A DNA stretch of 64,000 bases, taken from positions 480,001 through 544,000 of the forward strand of contig CAXXIA010000001.1 of NCBI GenBank assembly GCA_963666985.2. Reading direction: 5' to 3'. The DNA is from Spirochaetia bacterium. GTDB lineage: Bacteria > Spirochaetota > Spirochaetia > DSM-2461. Shown here piece by piece: positions 1-9,568 of this stretch (position 1 is the first letter of the stretch; each line of letters starts with the position of its first letter). The position numbers and the translations under genes are program-made. Below the pieces are notes generated by a model. It ran no database searches, had not been told where the DNA came from, and saw only the letters and a list, made by a program, of their open reading frames with translations.

Positions 1-2
1 CC

Positions 3-977
3 GAGAATTCCCGTATTATCAGTGATAATCTGCACGCCATTATCGAAGATATCAAACAGGCGGGAAATTCCAGTCTGGATACGGTGGCTTCCTTTGAAAT
101 GATCGATAAGGAAGTCGGCGGCGTGACAAACAGTCTGTCGGAAATCGCTTCGAATATTGATGAGCTGAGTTTGGGCGGCAATCAGGTATTGGAAGCCATG
201 AACGATCTGAGGGAATACACGTCTCAAGTTCATGACAATACGGCTGAAATCTCCAAGAGCATTCATTTTGTGGGAAGTGCGGTTAATACCGCTTCGGACA
301 TTTCTCGCCGGGTGAGTTCCGGAGGTGAAAAAATTCGCTTGGGAATGGATGTTCTTCGAGAGAGTTCCGTTCGGACCGGAAACGTTGCCGATACAATCAA
401 AACCGTCGGTTTCAAGCTGGAAGAAACCGTGAATAAGTTTCAAACGGATGCTCGCGGCCGGATTTCCGAACATACGGAAAAAAATGATGCGGAAAGCAAA
501 AGGCGTACGGACGGTGGAACTCTTTCATCCTCCATGCGTTCCGAAAGACCTGCCGCCGATAATTTTGATTCCAAGAAACCCTCGGCGGGTTTTAATGCTT
601 CGGAATCCAGAACAACGGCGGGAACCGCCGACAAACGGCACGAGCCGTCCGTGCGGGGAAAAAGCGTTAAGAAAGAAGATAGCGAACGATCCGTTCCCGG
701 TGATGCCGCCTCGAAGACAGCGCATGCTGACACGGCGCCGAAACCGGCCCCCAAAAAAGCTGTTTCGGAGAACCCGAAAACCGTTTCGGCAAAAGAGAAC
801 CTCTCGGTTCCGCTTTTTATTCCGGAAGAATCGGAGCCTCCGACGCTCTCCATACCGAAGCGCGGAATCGGTATCGTTGAGGAAACGGACGACGGTGTTA
901 CCTTGAGTGAAGGCGATTGGCCTGGCCGCAGAGAAATCGTCGTTGTAGACGATGACGGCAATACCGATCAGCCATGA
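3..977 (+). CDS. Methyl-accepting chemotaxis protein, C-terminal part (5'-truncated by window edge) with long low-complexity tail
   Basis: Frame is open from position 3 (ENSRIISDNLHAIIEDIKQAG...). Heptad-patterned helices (EIASNIDELSLGGNQVLEAMNDL...LEETVNKFQT) are typical of spirochaete MCP signalling/methylation regions. Confidence 0.8.
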   Translation, partial: ENSRIISDNLHAIIEDIKQAGNSSLDTVASFEMIDKEVGGVTNSLSEIASNIDELSLGGNQVLEAMNDLREYTSQVHDNTAEISKSIHFVGSAVNTASDISRRVSSGGEKIRLGMDVLRESSVRTGNVADTIKTVGFKLEETVNKFQTDARGRISEHTEKNDAESKRRTDGGTLSSSMRSERPAADNFDSKKPSAGFNASESRTTAGTADKRHEPSVRGKSVKKEDSERSVPGDAASKTAHADTAPKPAPKKAVSENPKTVSAKENLSVPLFIPEESEPPTLSIPKRGIGIVEETDDGVTLSEGDWPGRREIVVVDDDGNTDQP

Positions 978-1717
978 GTCAATTTCTCGTCATCGGGCAC
1001 AGGGGCGCTCCGGACCAAGCTGTTGAAAACACCGAAGAATCTTTTCGCTCCGCCTTGGATGCGGGGGCTCATCTTATTGAAACGGATGTACGGATCAGCG
1101 CCGACGGTCATGTCGTGGTTGCGCATGATGCCGATTTTTCCCGTTTGGGAGGGCCCTCGACGCCCATCATCCGCCGCACTCGGGCCGAAATCAAACATTT
1201 TGAACTGCACGATGCGGAGGGAAGAACGGCGCGCCCCCTTTTTATGGACGAGGCCTTGGAACTGTTTCCCGATATTTCGTTTAATGTCGATCTGAAAGAT
1301 TCATCCGAGATAGCCGTAGAACCGTGGATTGCGCTTTTGCGTAAAACAGCGGCTTTTCAGCGGTGCCGGACCGCATCATTCAGCGACAAGACGCTGCGTT
1401 TATTTCGGAAAGCGGTGCCGGAAGCTCCGGTTTCCGTGGCACAAATGGGGGCGGCCTCTCTTCTTTTTGCCGCAAGATTCGGAAAACCCAGGAAGCCCGA
1501 CCCTTCGGAAGGCGTGATGCAGCTTCCCGAGAAGGCCGGCCCGTTATCCGTTGTTACGCCCCGGACTCTCGATGCCTGGCACCGCTCCGGCTGGAAAATT
1601 CATGTTTGGACCGTTGATAATGAAAAAGATATGCGGCGGCTCATGGGGTGGGGGGTTGACGGTATAATAACCAACCGCCCATCGTTATTGAAGCATATTA
1701 CAACGAGAGCACAATGA
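974..1717 (+). CDS. Glycerophosphodiester phosphodiesterase (GDPD family)
   Basis: IGHRGA, ENT, IETDVRISADGHVVVAHD, VWTVD and GVDGIITNRP motifs; ATGA overlap with the upstream gene. Confidence 0.93.
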   Translation: MSQFLVIGHRGAPDQAVENTEESFRSALDAGAHLIETDVRISADGHVVVAHDADFSRLGGPSTPIIRRTRAEIKHFELHDAEGRTARPLFMDEALELFPDISFNVDLKDSSEIAVEPWIALLRKTAAFQRCRTASFSDKTLRLFRKAVPEAPVSVAQMGAASLLFAARFGKPRKPDPSEGVMQLPEKAGPLSVVTPRTLDAWHRSGWKIHVWTVDNEKDMRRLMGWGVDGIITNRPSLLKHITTRAQ

Positions 1718-3024
1718 AGCAGCACGATAAGACCTTTATCATCGATACCAATGTCCTCGTTCATCGACCCGACGCCTTTTTATCGTTTCGTGATTCCCTT
1801 GTCGTGATTCCCCTGTGGGTGTTCGAGGAACTCGATAATCTGAAGCGGGATCATGCGGGGCGCGGACGAAGTGCCCGGCAAGCCATCAGATATATCAATG
1901 AGTTTTCGAAAAAGGGCGATTTACAGTCCGGCGTGAAGCTTCCTTCGGGCGGAACCCTTATGGTGGGGTTCATCGGGGAAGTCAAAATCCCCAAAGATAT
2001 GTCGCTGGAGAAGATGGATAACAAGATCATTCTCTGCGCACTTTCCTATATGCAGGCCGGGAACGATGTTTTTTTCGTTTCGAAAGACATCAACGCCAGA
2101 ATCAAAGCTTCCGTATTGGGGCTTCGGGCGGTTGATTACGAGAAAAACAAGGTCAGCATGGAGCACCTCTACGACGGTGTCGTTGAGGCGCAAATCGACG
2201 ATGCGATGCTCACCGACTTTCAGATGTCCGGAAGACTGCCTTGGGACGAAAAACCTCTTTTCCCGCATCAGTATGTTCTTTTCCGGCAGGAGAAGGAAGG
2301 AAATAAAACTCTTCATATCGGAAGATGGCTGGTGGAAGAAGGGCTTCTCCGCTACGTGGAGTCCTGGCAGGAACCGGTGATGGGCATTAAACCGCTGAAC
2401 GTGAAGCAGCGAATGGCTTTCGATCTTTTAATGGACGATTCGATACCGCTGGTTACGCTGGTCGGAAAAGCCGGAACAGGCAAAACGCTCCTGGCCATGG
2501 CGGCGGCACTAAAGAAAACCCTGGAAGAAAAACAGTATTCCCGGGTTCTCGTGAGCCGTCCCATAATCCCCATGGGACAGGATCTCGGGTACCTTCCCGG
2601 ACAGAAGCAGGCGAAAATGTCCCACTGGATGCAGCCCGTGTTCGATAATCTTGAGTTTATCATCGACTCGGCGAAGCAGCAGAATCTAAAGAGCATCGAT
2701 CAGCTGCTCAACAACAAGGTGATGGAAATCGAGGCCATTACCTATATCCGCGGCCGATCCTTACCCCGTCAGTACATTATTATCGACGAGGCTCAGAATC
2801 TGACTCCGCATGAAGTGAAGACCATCGTGAGCCGCGCCGGCGACGGTTCCAAAGTGGTTTTAACCGGCGATCCTTACCAGATCGACAGCCCCTATCTCGA
2901 TGCGGAATCGAACGGACTGACGTACTTGGTGGAGGCCTTTAAGGGGCAGAATCTCGCCGGACATATTTCTCTGGCGAAAAGCGAACGAAGTCCGCTTGCC
3001 GAATTGGCGGCCGAGCTTTTGTGA
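1714..3024 (+). CDS. PIN-PhoH (PhoH2/YlaK-like) ATPase
   Basis: N-terminal PIN motif IIDTNVL..ELD; Walker A GKAGTGKT; LGYLPG, YIRGRS, IIDEAQN and TGDPYQID. Confidence 0.93.
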   Translation: MKQHDKTFIIDTNVLVHRPDAFLSFRDSLVVIPLWVFEELDNLKRDHAGRGRSARQAIRYINEFSKKGDLQSGVKLPSGGTLMVGFIGEVKIPKDMSLEKMDNKIILCALSYMQAGNDVFFVSKDINARIKASVLGLRAVDYEKNKVSMEHLYDGVVEAQIDDAMLTDFQMSGRLPWDEKPLFPHQYVLFRQEKEGNKTLHIGRWLVEEGLLRYVESWQEPVMGIKPLNVKQRMAFDLLMDDSIPLVTLVGKAGTGKTLLAMAAALKKTLEEKQYSRVLVSRPIIPMGQDLGYLPGQKQAKMSHWMQPVFDNLEFIIDSAKQQNLKSIDQLLNNKVMEIEAITYIRGRSLPRQYIIIDEAQNLTPHEVKTIVSRAGDGSKVVLTGDPYQIDSPYLDAESNGLTYLVEAFKGQNLAGHISLAKSERSPLAELAAELL

Positions 3025-3088
3025 TGAAATCCGTTGGTTTTCTCGGAAACCGGTTCATCGCAAGTTTTCCAAAGGCGGCTGAAAAACC

Positions 3089-3409
3089 ATGAAAAATCGC
3101 TCTTACGATTCGAAAATACTGAAAGAACTGGCCGAACTCACGGAACTTGCTCTTGAGAGGGAACGCTCCGCCCGGCTCGATGATGTTTCAAAGTCGCTCA
3201 ACCGATGGAAAAAAGGCGGAATCGGTTCCGCCGAAGCCCTGGAGAATATCCGCCGTTCGGCCGGAACCCCGGAAGTCTCTTGGCACAAAGACGCCGATCC
3301 GGGTGTTCCCGTGGCTCACGCCGTGGCCATGGGGCTTCTCTTTCGGGAGGATCTGTCCGACGGTGTTTGGAACAGTATTGAGGTTTTGATAACTCTTGCC
3401 GGGATTTAA
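3089..3409 (+). CDS. Hypothetical protein
   Basis: 106-aa helical ORF filling the gap in a same-strand run; no recognisable motif. Confidence 0.6.
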   Translation: MKNRSYDSKILKELAELTELALERERSARLDDVSKSLNRWKKGGIGSAEALENIRRSAGTPEVSWHKDADPGVPVAHAVAMGLLFREDLSDGVWNSIEVLITLAGI

Positions 3410-3420
3410 TCGGTAAGATA

Positions 3421-3450
3421 TTGGCCCCGAATGCGCGGGGAGATTATACT
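3421..3450 (+). promoter_or_regulatory. Putative sigma70 promoter giving a leaderless transcript
   Basis: TTGGCC(3421)-N18-TATACT(3445-3450), then 6 nt to ATG 3457; no Shine-Dalgarno (SD). Confidence 0.5.
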
Positions 3451-3456
3451 ATAGAC

Positions 3457-3711
3457 ATGGAGCGTGTCCGTTTCTGCCGCTATTGCGGAGAACTTGTAGA
3501 AGATAAATGGCTGCATTGTCCTTGGTGCGGTCATGCTTTGTCTCCCGCGGCGATGAAGTGGGACGACATTATCGACGAATCCATGGATAAAACGGAACAG
3601 GCTCTCCTTAAAGGGAGGATCGTACGCCTTGACGATCTTTCCGGCCGCCTGAACGCCCTGGAATCCGAACTGGACAAATTCCTTGACGCCCGGATTCGTC
3701 AAAAGGGCTGA
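3457..3711 (+). CDS. Zinc-ribbon protein with C-terminal coiled coil
   Basis: FCRYCG...HCPWCG double CxxC; ATG 3457 preferred over TTG 3421. Confidence 0.75.
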   Translation: MERVRFCRYCGELVEDKWLHCPWCGHALSPAAMKWDDIIDESMDKTEQALLKGRIVRLDDLSGRLNALESELDKFLDARIRQKG

Positions 3712-3794
3712 TTCGCACAGCGGCGGCGATTTCGGCGTATTTTTCTTATCGTGCCGTTCGAATCATCCTTCGAAAAAAAGATGATAAGTTTTTC

Positions 3795-3822
3795 TAAGCC
3801 GCCCCGCGATTCAAGTCGATAA
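3795..3822 (+). promoter_or_regulatory. Putative sigma28 (FliA) promoter
   Basis: TAAG-N16-GTCGATAA compared with consensus TAAA-N15/16-GCCGATAA. Confidence 0.4.
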
Positions 3823-3827
3823 AAGAA

Positions 3828-6137
3828 TTGATGAAGTCCGTCCAGACAATTTTTGTTCTCTTGATGATCGCTTCAACTCTCTATGCGGCCGATCCTTATT
3901 TTTCACTGTCGGATATGTCCGAGGACGATCGCCTTCTGTTTTCCTGCGATACCGATCAGCCCGGGTGGGGCGATTATAATTCTCTTTTTATTGCCGATCT
4001 CTCCGATGGCGATTCTCTTACGGAACTCACGCATTTTCCCGAACATGTTAATTTTTTCAGATCTTCCGGTGAACTGCAGATTCAGAACCGCTTTGGGCTG
4101 TATCGGATGGACCTGAATTCGAACGGGCGATTTCGTCGAATGCCCTTTTATCCTTCATTTGTTCAAGGAAACGAGATTCCCGAGGGCAGAATTCTTCCCG
4201 CCGCTTCTTCACCCGACGGCCGATGGATTCTCGTTCAGGAACCCAAAGGGCCGGTTCGGGGAAATTTGGTTCTTTACGATATCCATAAGGGAGGAATGAC
4301 GACGATATCCGAGAATCATATTCTCGATTATCGCGATCCTCCGGCGAAATGGTCTCCCGATTCGCGGTACATACTTTATACGAGAGACGGAAAACTCTAC
4401 TATTTTTCCGTCGGGCATGTTGAAGATGAGCGTATTCCGAACGAAGGATACCGTGAATTCGGACCGGGCACTCTGGACAGCATTCGCTGGACGGGTTCCG
4501 ATGCCTTGTTCTACATCAGAAACTCTCAAGTCAATCTGGTCCGGCCTTCCGAGTTCTTCACCAGGTCCTTTTATCTTGATCCGCTCCCCATCGGTCATGT
4601 CGTCGGATCGCTTCCCGTCGATTTCGATCCTCATTTTGATTCGTTTTGGCCTTCTCCCGACGGGAAGTCTCTGCTGGTTCTGAAAGAAGATCGAAATCTG
4701 TTTTTATTTCCTTTAACGGTTGGAGATTCCGCGGGAAACGAGAGGGCTCTTTCCCTTCCGTTCCTTCTGCTGCCGCACGGAGCCGCCGTGCTTCAAATTT
4801 GGTGGAGAATCGACGGTGAAATCCTTCTTTTGGCCGGCGGGAGCCGACGCGACGGATCGCCGACGATGCTTTATCACCTGAATCCCCGGGACGGTTCGGA
4901 TTCCTCTTTTTCTTTGATGGATGTTCCGGAAATCAGGCGATTGATTCCTTCTCCGGATCGTCTATCGGTAGCCTTTCTGGAATCGGGCGGCGTTTCGATT
5001 CGGAATTCGGATGATTTTAAAGAACGGCGCTTCATTGCCCATCCCGATCCGAGAGATCTTTTTTGGCTTGCCGAAGATCAAATCCTTATTGCCGGAGCCC
5101 GGCGGACCGAAGCGGTGAATCTTTCGGATGGCACCGTGCATTTACTGGCGCTTTCGCAGGCCGAAGAGGCCGGTTTCGATTCCGACGGAACCCTCATCGC
5201 TTTGGGAAACGGAAGGAAATATCGTTACGATACCGATCGGCACCTTTGGAGAGACTCAGGGGAAGGCGGAACCGGAATGTTCAGGCGTCCTCGTTTCGAA
5301 AACTTAGTGCATCGAGTGTATTTGGAAGATCTCAAAACGGCCTCCTATGCCAATCACATCATGGTCCGAACCGTCGACGGATTCGGAAATCGGGCTCTCT
5401 TCAGCGTCCCTGTTCCCGAAATGAAAGAATTGCCCGAGAAAGGGGAGATTGAGGAGATCGAAGCGGCCGATGAACGTCTTTTCTGTCACGGTTCGCGTAC
5501 TCGGAGGAGGGAAGTCGCCCTGGTGTTCGATGCCGTCGACGGTGATGAAGGGCTTGATGAGGTTCTCACCGTTCTCGCCGATTATGATATCAAGGCGACA
5601 TTCTTCGTTTGCGGTGATTTCATCAGAAGGCAGCCTGAGTCCGCTTTAATGCTCGCCGAATCCGGCCATGAAATCGGTTCTCTGTTCTATACGCACATGG
5701 ATATGACCGATTATCGCTATCGCATAGACGGAGATTTCGTTGTTCGGGGACTCGGTCGGAATGAAGACGAGTATTTTCGCGCGACGGGATTCGAAGTATC
5801 CACGTTATGGCATGCTCCATGGTATATTATCAGTCCTTCGATTCTGGAAGCGACGGGAAGAATGAGTTACGTTTACATCGGCCGCGACGTGGATCCCCTG
5901 GACTGGGTGACTCTGGACGCATCTTACGGAACAAGGGATTTATATGAACGGAGTCCTCTCTTGGTGGAACGGACTCTTGAAGAGAAAAAGCCGGGTTCCA
6001 TTATCCCTGTTCGCATCGGGAAACCCGGAACGAGGGAAGACTATTTTTTCAGAAAACTCGATCTGCTCATCAACGGCTTACTGAAAGCCGGCTATGATAT
6101 CGTCACTATTGGGGAAATGAGGGATCATGCTCAGTAA
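3828..6137 (+). CDS. Secreted beta-propeller protein with C-terminal polysaccharide deacetylase (CE4/NodB-like) domain
   Basis: Signal peptide; repeated WSPD/SPDG propeller motifs; C-terminal VALVFDA, ATFFVCG, GHEIGS, YTH and WHAPW. Confidence 0.85.
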   Translation: MMKSVQTIFVLLMIASTLYAADPYFSLSDMSEDDRLLFSCDTDQPGWGDYNSLFIADLSDGDSLTELTHFPEHVNFFRSSGELQIQNRFGLYRMDLNSNGRFRRMPFYPSFVQGNEIPEGRILPAASSPDGRWILVQEPKGPVRGNLVLYDIHKGGMTTISENHILDYRDPPAKWSPDSRYILYTRDGKLYYFSVGHVEDERIPNEGYREFGPGTLDSIRWTGSDALFYIRNSQVNLVRPSEFFTRSFYLDPLPIGHVVGSLPVDFDPHFDSFWPSPDGKSLLVLKEDRNLFLFPLTVGDSAGNERALSLPFLLLPHGAAVLQIWWRIDGEILLLAGGSRRDGSPTMLYHLNPRDGSDSSFSLMDVPEIRRLIPSPDRLSVAFLESGGVSIRNSDDFKERRFIAHPDPRDLFWLAEDQILIAGARRTEAVNLSDGTVHLLALSQAEEAGFDSDGTLIALGNGRKYRYDTDRHLWRDSGEGGTGMFRRPRFENLVHRVYLEDLKTASYANHIMVRTVDGFGNRALFSVPVPEMKELPEKGEIEEIEAADERLFCHGSRTRRREVALVFDAVDGDEGLDEVLTVLADYDIKATFFVCGDFIRRQPESALMLAESGHEIGSLFYTHMDMTDYRYRIDGDFVVRGLGRNEDEYFRATGFEVSTLWHAPWYIISPSILEATGRMSYVYIGRDVDPLDWVTLDASYGTRDLYERSPLLVERTLEEKKPGSIIPVRIGKPGTREDYFFRKLDLLINGLLKAGYDIVTIGEMRDHAQ

Positions 6138-6144
6138 TTCGGGT

Positions 6145-6171
6145 TTAAATCGAATCCCGTGTGGCTGATGA
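6145..6171 (+). promoter_or_regulatory. Putative sigma28 promoter of fliS
   Basis: TTAAA followed after 14 nt by GCTGATGA (6/8 match to GCCGATAA), upstream of a late flagellar gene. Confidence 0.35.
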
Positions 6172-6199
6172 TTTATGTAGGAATGGAGGGTAGCACCCA

Positions 6200-6622
6200 A
6201 TGACATCAGATCCGCTTCGAGTCTATAAGCAAACCCGCGTGAAGACGGCTTCTCAAGGACAGCTGATTGTTATGCTGTACGATGAGGGGCTGAAACAGCT
6301 GAAAGCGGCGGAATCGGAACTTAAGAGAGACCCGCCGAAGTTGGATTCGGCTCACAACGCCATTGTGAAAGCACAGGATGTTATAACCGAATTGATGGTT
6401 TCCCTGGATTTCGACAAGGGCGGCGATATCGCACAGAACCTTTTTCATCTGTACATGTATTTCAATCAGAAACTCGTCGATGCCAATCTTTCCAAGGACT
6501 CATCCGGGATTACGGAGGTGTACACCTTAATGTCCGATCTTCGTGAAGCTTGGTCTTCCATAGAGAAAGAGACGGCCGGAACTAGCGGCAGGGTATCGAT
6601 CGGAGTGAATCTGGCGGGCTGA
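6200..6622 (+). CDS. fliS: Flagellar export chaperone FliS
   Basis: YKQTRVKTASQGQLIVMLYD, KAQDVITELMVSLDF, IAQNLFHLYMY and LREAW; GGAGG SD. Confidence 0.97.
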   Translation: MTSDPLRVYKQTRVKTASQGQLIVMLYDEGLKQLKAAESELKRDPPKLDSAHNAIVKAQDVITELMVSLDFDKGGDIAQNLFHLYMYFNQKLVDANLSKDSSGITEVYTLMSDLREAWSSIEKETAGTSGRVSIGVNLAG

Positions 6623-6626
6623 TTTC

Positions 6627-7064
6627 ATGCTTTCCGTGAATCCTTGGGCGGATCTGAATGCCTCCAGGCAGCGTGCCGTCGAGGAATACGAAATGATTCT
6701 TGATGCTCTGGAAAAAGCGCTGGAAGACCCCCTGGCGGCCACCGCAGGAGCCATGAAGCGGCAGAACGAATGCTGGGGTGCTCTGCTTTTTGCGGCCCGT
6801 GAATCGGGAGCCGCCTTATCTTCCGCCGTTCGAACAACCGAAGCACGGCTTAATGACGCCGCCGCCGCCGGAGAGTCCGCCGTTTTGGATGAAGCCCTGA
6901 CAAAACGTCTGGTGGCCGCCATGGAACGGACGGCCGTTTTATCCGAAGGAATACGCCGCCGCAGAACAGTGGCGGCGGAAGAAGCCTCAAAACGCCGGAA
7001 AAGACGTCCGTCACATCTACGGTATAGCCGAAATGAAGGCCGGCAGCTTGATATTAAGGTCTGA
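6627..7064 (+). CDS. Hypothetical helical protein, possibly a FliT/FlgN-like flagellar chaperone
   Basis: 4 nt after fliS; all-helical, basic C-terminus ending QLDIKV. The function is inferred from position only. Confidence 0.5.
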   Translation: MLSVNPWADLNASRQRAVEEYEMILDALEKALEDPLAATAGAMKRQNECWGALLFAARESGAALSSAVRTTEARLNDAAAAGESAVLDEALTKRLVAAMERTAVLSEGIRRRRTVAAEEASKRRKRRPSHLRYSRNEGRQLDIKV

Positions 7065-7217
7065 AATCGGCTTGCTTTTTTTAAGATTCGCGAAGTTCCT
7101 GTTCGGCATATAAAAAATACACGCGAACATTTAACCGGAAAGTGTTCTTAAAATAACACAACCGTTACGTTCTCTTGATCGTTTTCTCATAGATTCCCGG
7201 TTTCATTTTTCTACCAC

Positions 7218-7242
7218 TCTTTCGGACTTTAAATCCGAAAGA
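7218..7242. promoter_or_regulatory. Inverted repeat upstream of ugpB (operator or 5' hairpin)
   Basis: TCTTTCGGA-N7-TCCGAAAGA. Confidence 0.4.
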
Positions 7243-7267
7243 ACAAAAAAATTTCCGGGAGGAAAAC

Positions 7268-8617
7268 ATGAAGAAACTGGGATTCGTAATCCTGGCATTG
7301 ATCGCGATGACTTCCGTGCTGTGGGCCAATGGTTCACAGGAAGCCGAAAAAGGTGCCGCCGAAGCACAAGGACCTATTGAAATCTACTGGTGGCACGCCA
7401 TGGGCGGAGCCTTGGGCGAAAAGGTGGATCAGATTGCCGCAGATTTTAATGCAACGCAGAGCGATTACAAAGTAATTCCCGTTAATAAAGGAAATTACTC
7501 CGATACAATGACGGCCGGTATCGCCGCTTTCCGTTCAGGGGAACAGCCCCACATTATTCAGGTTTATGAAGTGGGTACGGGAACCATGATGGCCGCCAAG
7601 GGGGCCGTTAAACCTGTTTATCAGATGATGAAGGAAGCCGGAGCCGAATTCGATCCTTCCGCTTATCTGGCAACCGTTACCGGTTACTACACAACTCCCG
7701 CCGGTGAAATGCTCTCCATGCCGTTCAACAGTTCCACTCCCGTTATGTATTACAACAAGGATGCCTTCAGCGCCGCCGGGCTTGATCCGGAGAATCCTCC
7801 CAAAACCTGGGAAGAGGTTGCCGAGGTTTCCAGAATCCTTGTTGATAAAGGTGTTGTTGCGGCCGGTTTTACCACGACATGGCCTTCCTGGCTTATGGTG
7901 GAGAACTTTTCCGCTTGGCACAATATGCCCATCGGGACCAAGGAAAACGGTTTTGCCGGTCTGGATACTGAATTTACTTTCAATAAAACCGGCGTTGTAA
8001 AGCACCATGAAATGCTGGCTCAGTGGCAGAAAGAAGGTATCTTCAAATACGGTGGAAGAGCGAGCGAAGCCGGTCCTCTGTTCAACACAGGTGAAGTGGC
8101 CATGACCTTCGGTTCTTCGGCCGGATATGCCGGATATAAAAAGAATTGTGAGTTCAACTGGGGAACATCCATGCTTCCTTACTGGAAATCCATGGTAAGC
8201 GATCCTCAGAATTCCATCATCGGCGGAGCTTCCCTGTGGGTTTTTGAAGGACATTCAACTCCGGAATACAAAGGCGTCGCCGCTTTCTTCAACTATCTTT
8301 CCAGCGCGGAAGTACAGGCCGATTGGCATCAGTTTACCGGGTATCTTCCCATTACCTATGCCGCTTACGAGCTGACAAAAAGTCAGGGATTCTATGATGC
8401 GAATCCCGGAACCGAAACGGCTCTTCTTCAGATGACCCGCAAGCAGCCGACGCCCAATTCGAAGGGACTCCGGTTCGGTAATTACAACCAAATTCGCAGC
8501 ATCATTAATGATGAGCAGGAAGCTATTTTCTCCGGTGAGAAAACCGCCCAGCAGGGTTTGGACGACGCCGTCAGAAGAGGCAATGAACTTCTCCGCCAGT
8601 TTGAAGCCGCCAATTAA
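7268..8617 (+). CDS. ugpB: sn-glycerol-3-phosphate ABC transporter substrate-binding protein
   Basis: WWHAMGG, AFRSGEQPHIIQVYEVGT, SMPFNSSTPVMYYNKDAF, NSIIGGASLWV, WHQFTGYLP and KGLRFGN. Confidence 0.95.
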   Translation: MKKLGFVILALIAMTSVLWANGSQEAEKGAAEAQGPIEIYWWHAMGGALGEKVDQIAADFNATQSDYKVIPVNKGNYSDTMTAGIAAFRSGEQPHIIQVYEVGTGTMMAAKGAVKPVYQMMKEAGAEFDPSAYLATVTGYYTTPAGEMLSMPFNSSTPVMYYNKDAFSAAGLDPENPPKTWEEVAEVSRILVDKGVVAAGFTTTWPSWLMVENFSAWHNMPIGTKENGFAGLDTEFTFNKTGVVKHHEMLAQWQKEGIFKYGGRASEAGPLFNTGEVAMTFGSSAGYAGYKKNCEFNWGTSMLPYWKSMVSDPQNSIIGGASLWVFEGHSTPEYKGVAAFFNYLSSAEVQADWHQFTGYLPITYAAYELTKSQGFYDANPGTETALLQMTRKQPTPNSKGLRFGNYNQIRSIINDEQEAIFSGEKTAQQGLDDAVRRGNELLRQFEAAN

Positions 8618-8642
8618 ACATCTCTGATTTCTTCGGTGCATC

Positions 8643-8667
8643 AACCGGTCCTTCGGGACCGGTTTTC
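8643..8667 (+). terminator. Intercistronic hairpin after ugpB (terminator or mRNA stabiliser)
   Basis: AACCGGTCC-TTCG-GGACCGGTT-TTC with a cUUCGg tetraloop. Confidence 0.7.
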
Positions 8668-8686
8668 ACCCTTATAAGGAAAGAAA

Positions 8687-9568
8687 ATGCAAGATAAGCA
8701 GATTATCTATAAAGATCCTGTTCTTCCGTATCTGTTAATTCTCCCGGAACTGATGATTATTCTGATTTTTTTCTTTTGGCCGGCCTTTCAAGCCCTTCGT
8801 CAGTCTTTTTTGATAGAAGATCCTTTCGGCCTCAGTTCTCGATTTGTTTGGTTTGACAATTATAGAATTGTTCTCTCAAACCCCCTATATCTGACATCTT
8901 TAAAAACAACATTTGTGTTTTCGTTCTGGATAACATTTCTTTCCATGGTTCTCGGTCTTCTTTTGGCATGGCTGGTGTTTCAGCTTAAAAAAAGGGAAAC
9001 TTATCAGACTTTTATCATATGGCCGTATGCTTTGGCCCCGGCCGTTGCCGGTGTTGTCTGGTATTTTATTTTTAATCCGCTTTTGGGTGTGTTCCCCTGG
9101 GTTCTCTCCCGTTTCGGAGTTGTTTGGGATCCTGTTCTCTTGGGGAAACAGGCGATCTTCATGGTTATCGCCGCTCTGGTGTGGAAACAAATCAGCTATA
9201 ATTTTCTGTTTTATCTGGCCGGATTGGAAGGAATACCCAAATCGTATATCGAAGCGGGCATGGTGGCCGGCGCCGCCAAAAGGCAGATTTTCTTCAGAAT
9301 CGTCATACCGCTGTTAACGCCCGTAACATTTTTTCTTTTTACCATGAATCTTCTTACTTCACTGTTCGACTCTTTCGGAACCATTCACAACCTCACTTCC
9401 GGAGGTCCCAATCATGCCACGGAGAATCTTGTTTACAAGGTTTATTCCGACGGATTCATCGGTTTGAATCTGGGCGGTTCTTCCGCTCAATCGGTCGTTA
9501 TCATGATTCTGGCCATTTCCCTGACATTGATACAGTTCAAATTCTCCGGAAAGAAGGGCATGAAATGA
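8687..9568 (+). CDS. ugpA: Glycerol-3-phosphate ABC transporter permease
   Basis: FFFWPAFQA, EDPFG, WKQISYNFLFYLAGL, EAA-like loop and SAQSV. Confidence 0.92.
   Translation: MQDKQIIYKDPVLPYLLILPELMIILIFFFWPAFQALRQSFLIEDPFGLSSRFVWFDNYRIVLSNPLYLTSLKTTFVFSFWITFLSMVLGLLLAWLVFQLKKRETYQTFIIWPYALAPAVAGVVWYFIFNPLLGVFPWVLSRFGVVWDPVLLGKQAIFMVIAALVWKQISYNFLFYLAGLEGIPKSYIEAGMVAGAAKRQIFFRIVIPLLTPVTFFLFTMNLLTSLFDSFGTIHNLTSGGPNHATENLVYKVYSDGFIGLNLGGSSAQSVVIMILAISLTLIQFKFSGKKGMK

Noticed and set aside
1714..3409. PIN-PhoH plus small ORF considered as a toxin-antitoxin pair
   Set aside because: There is no upstream antitoxin-like gene, and PIN-PhoH (YlaK type) is a common stand-alone gene, here coupled to GDPD.
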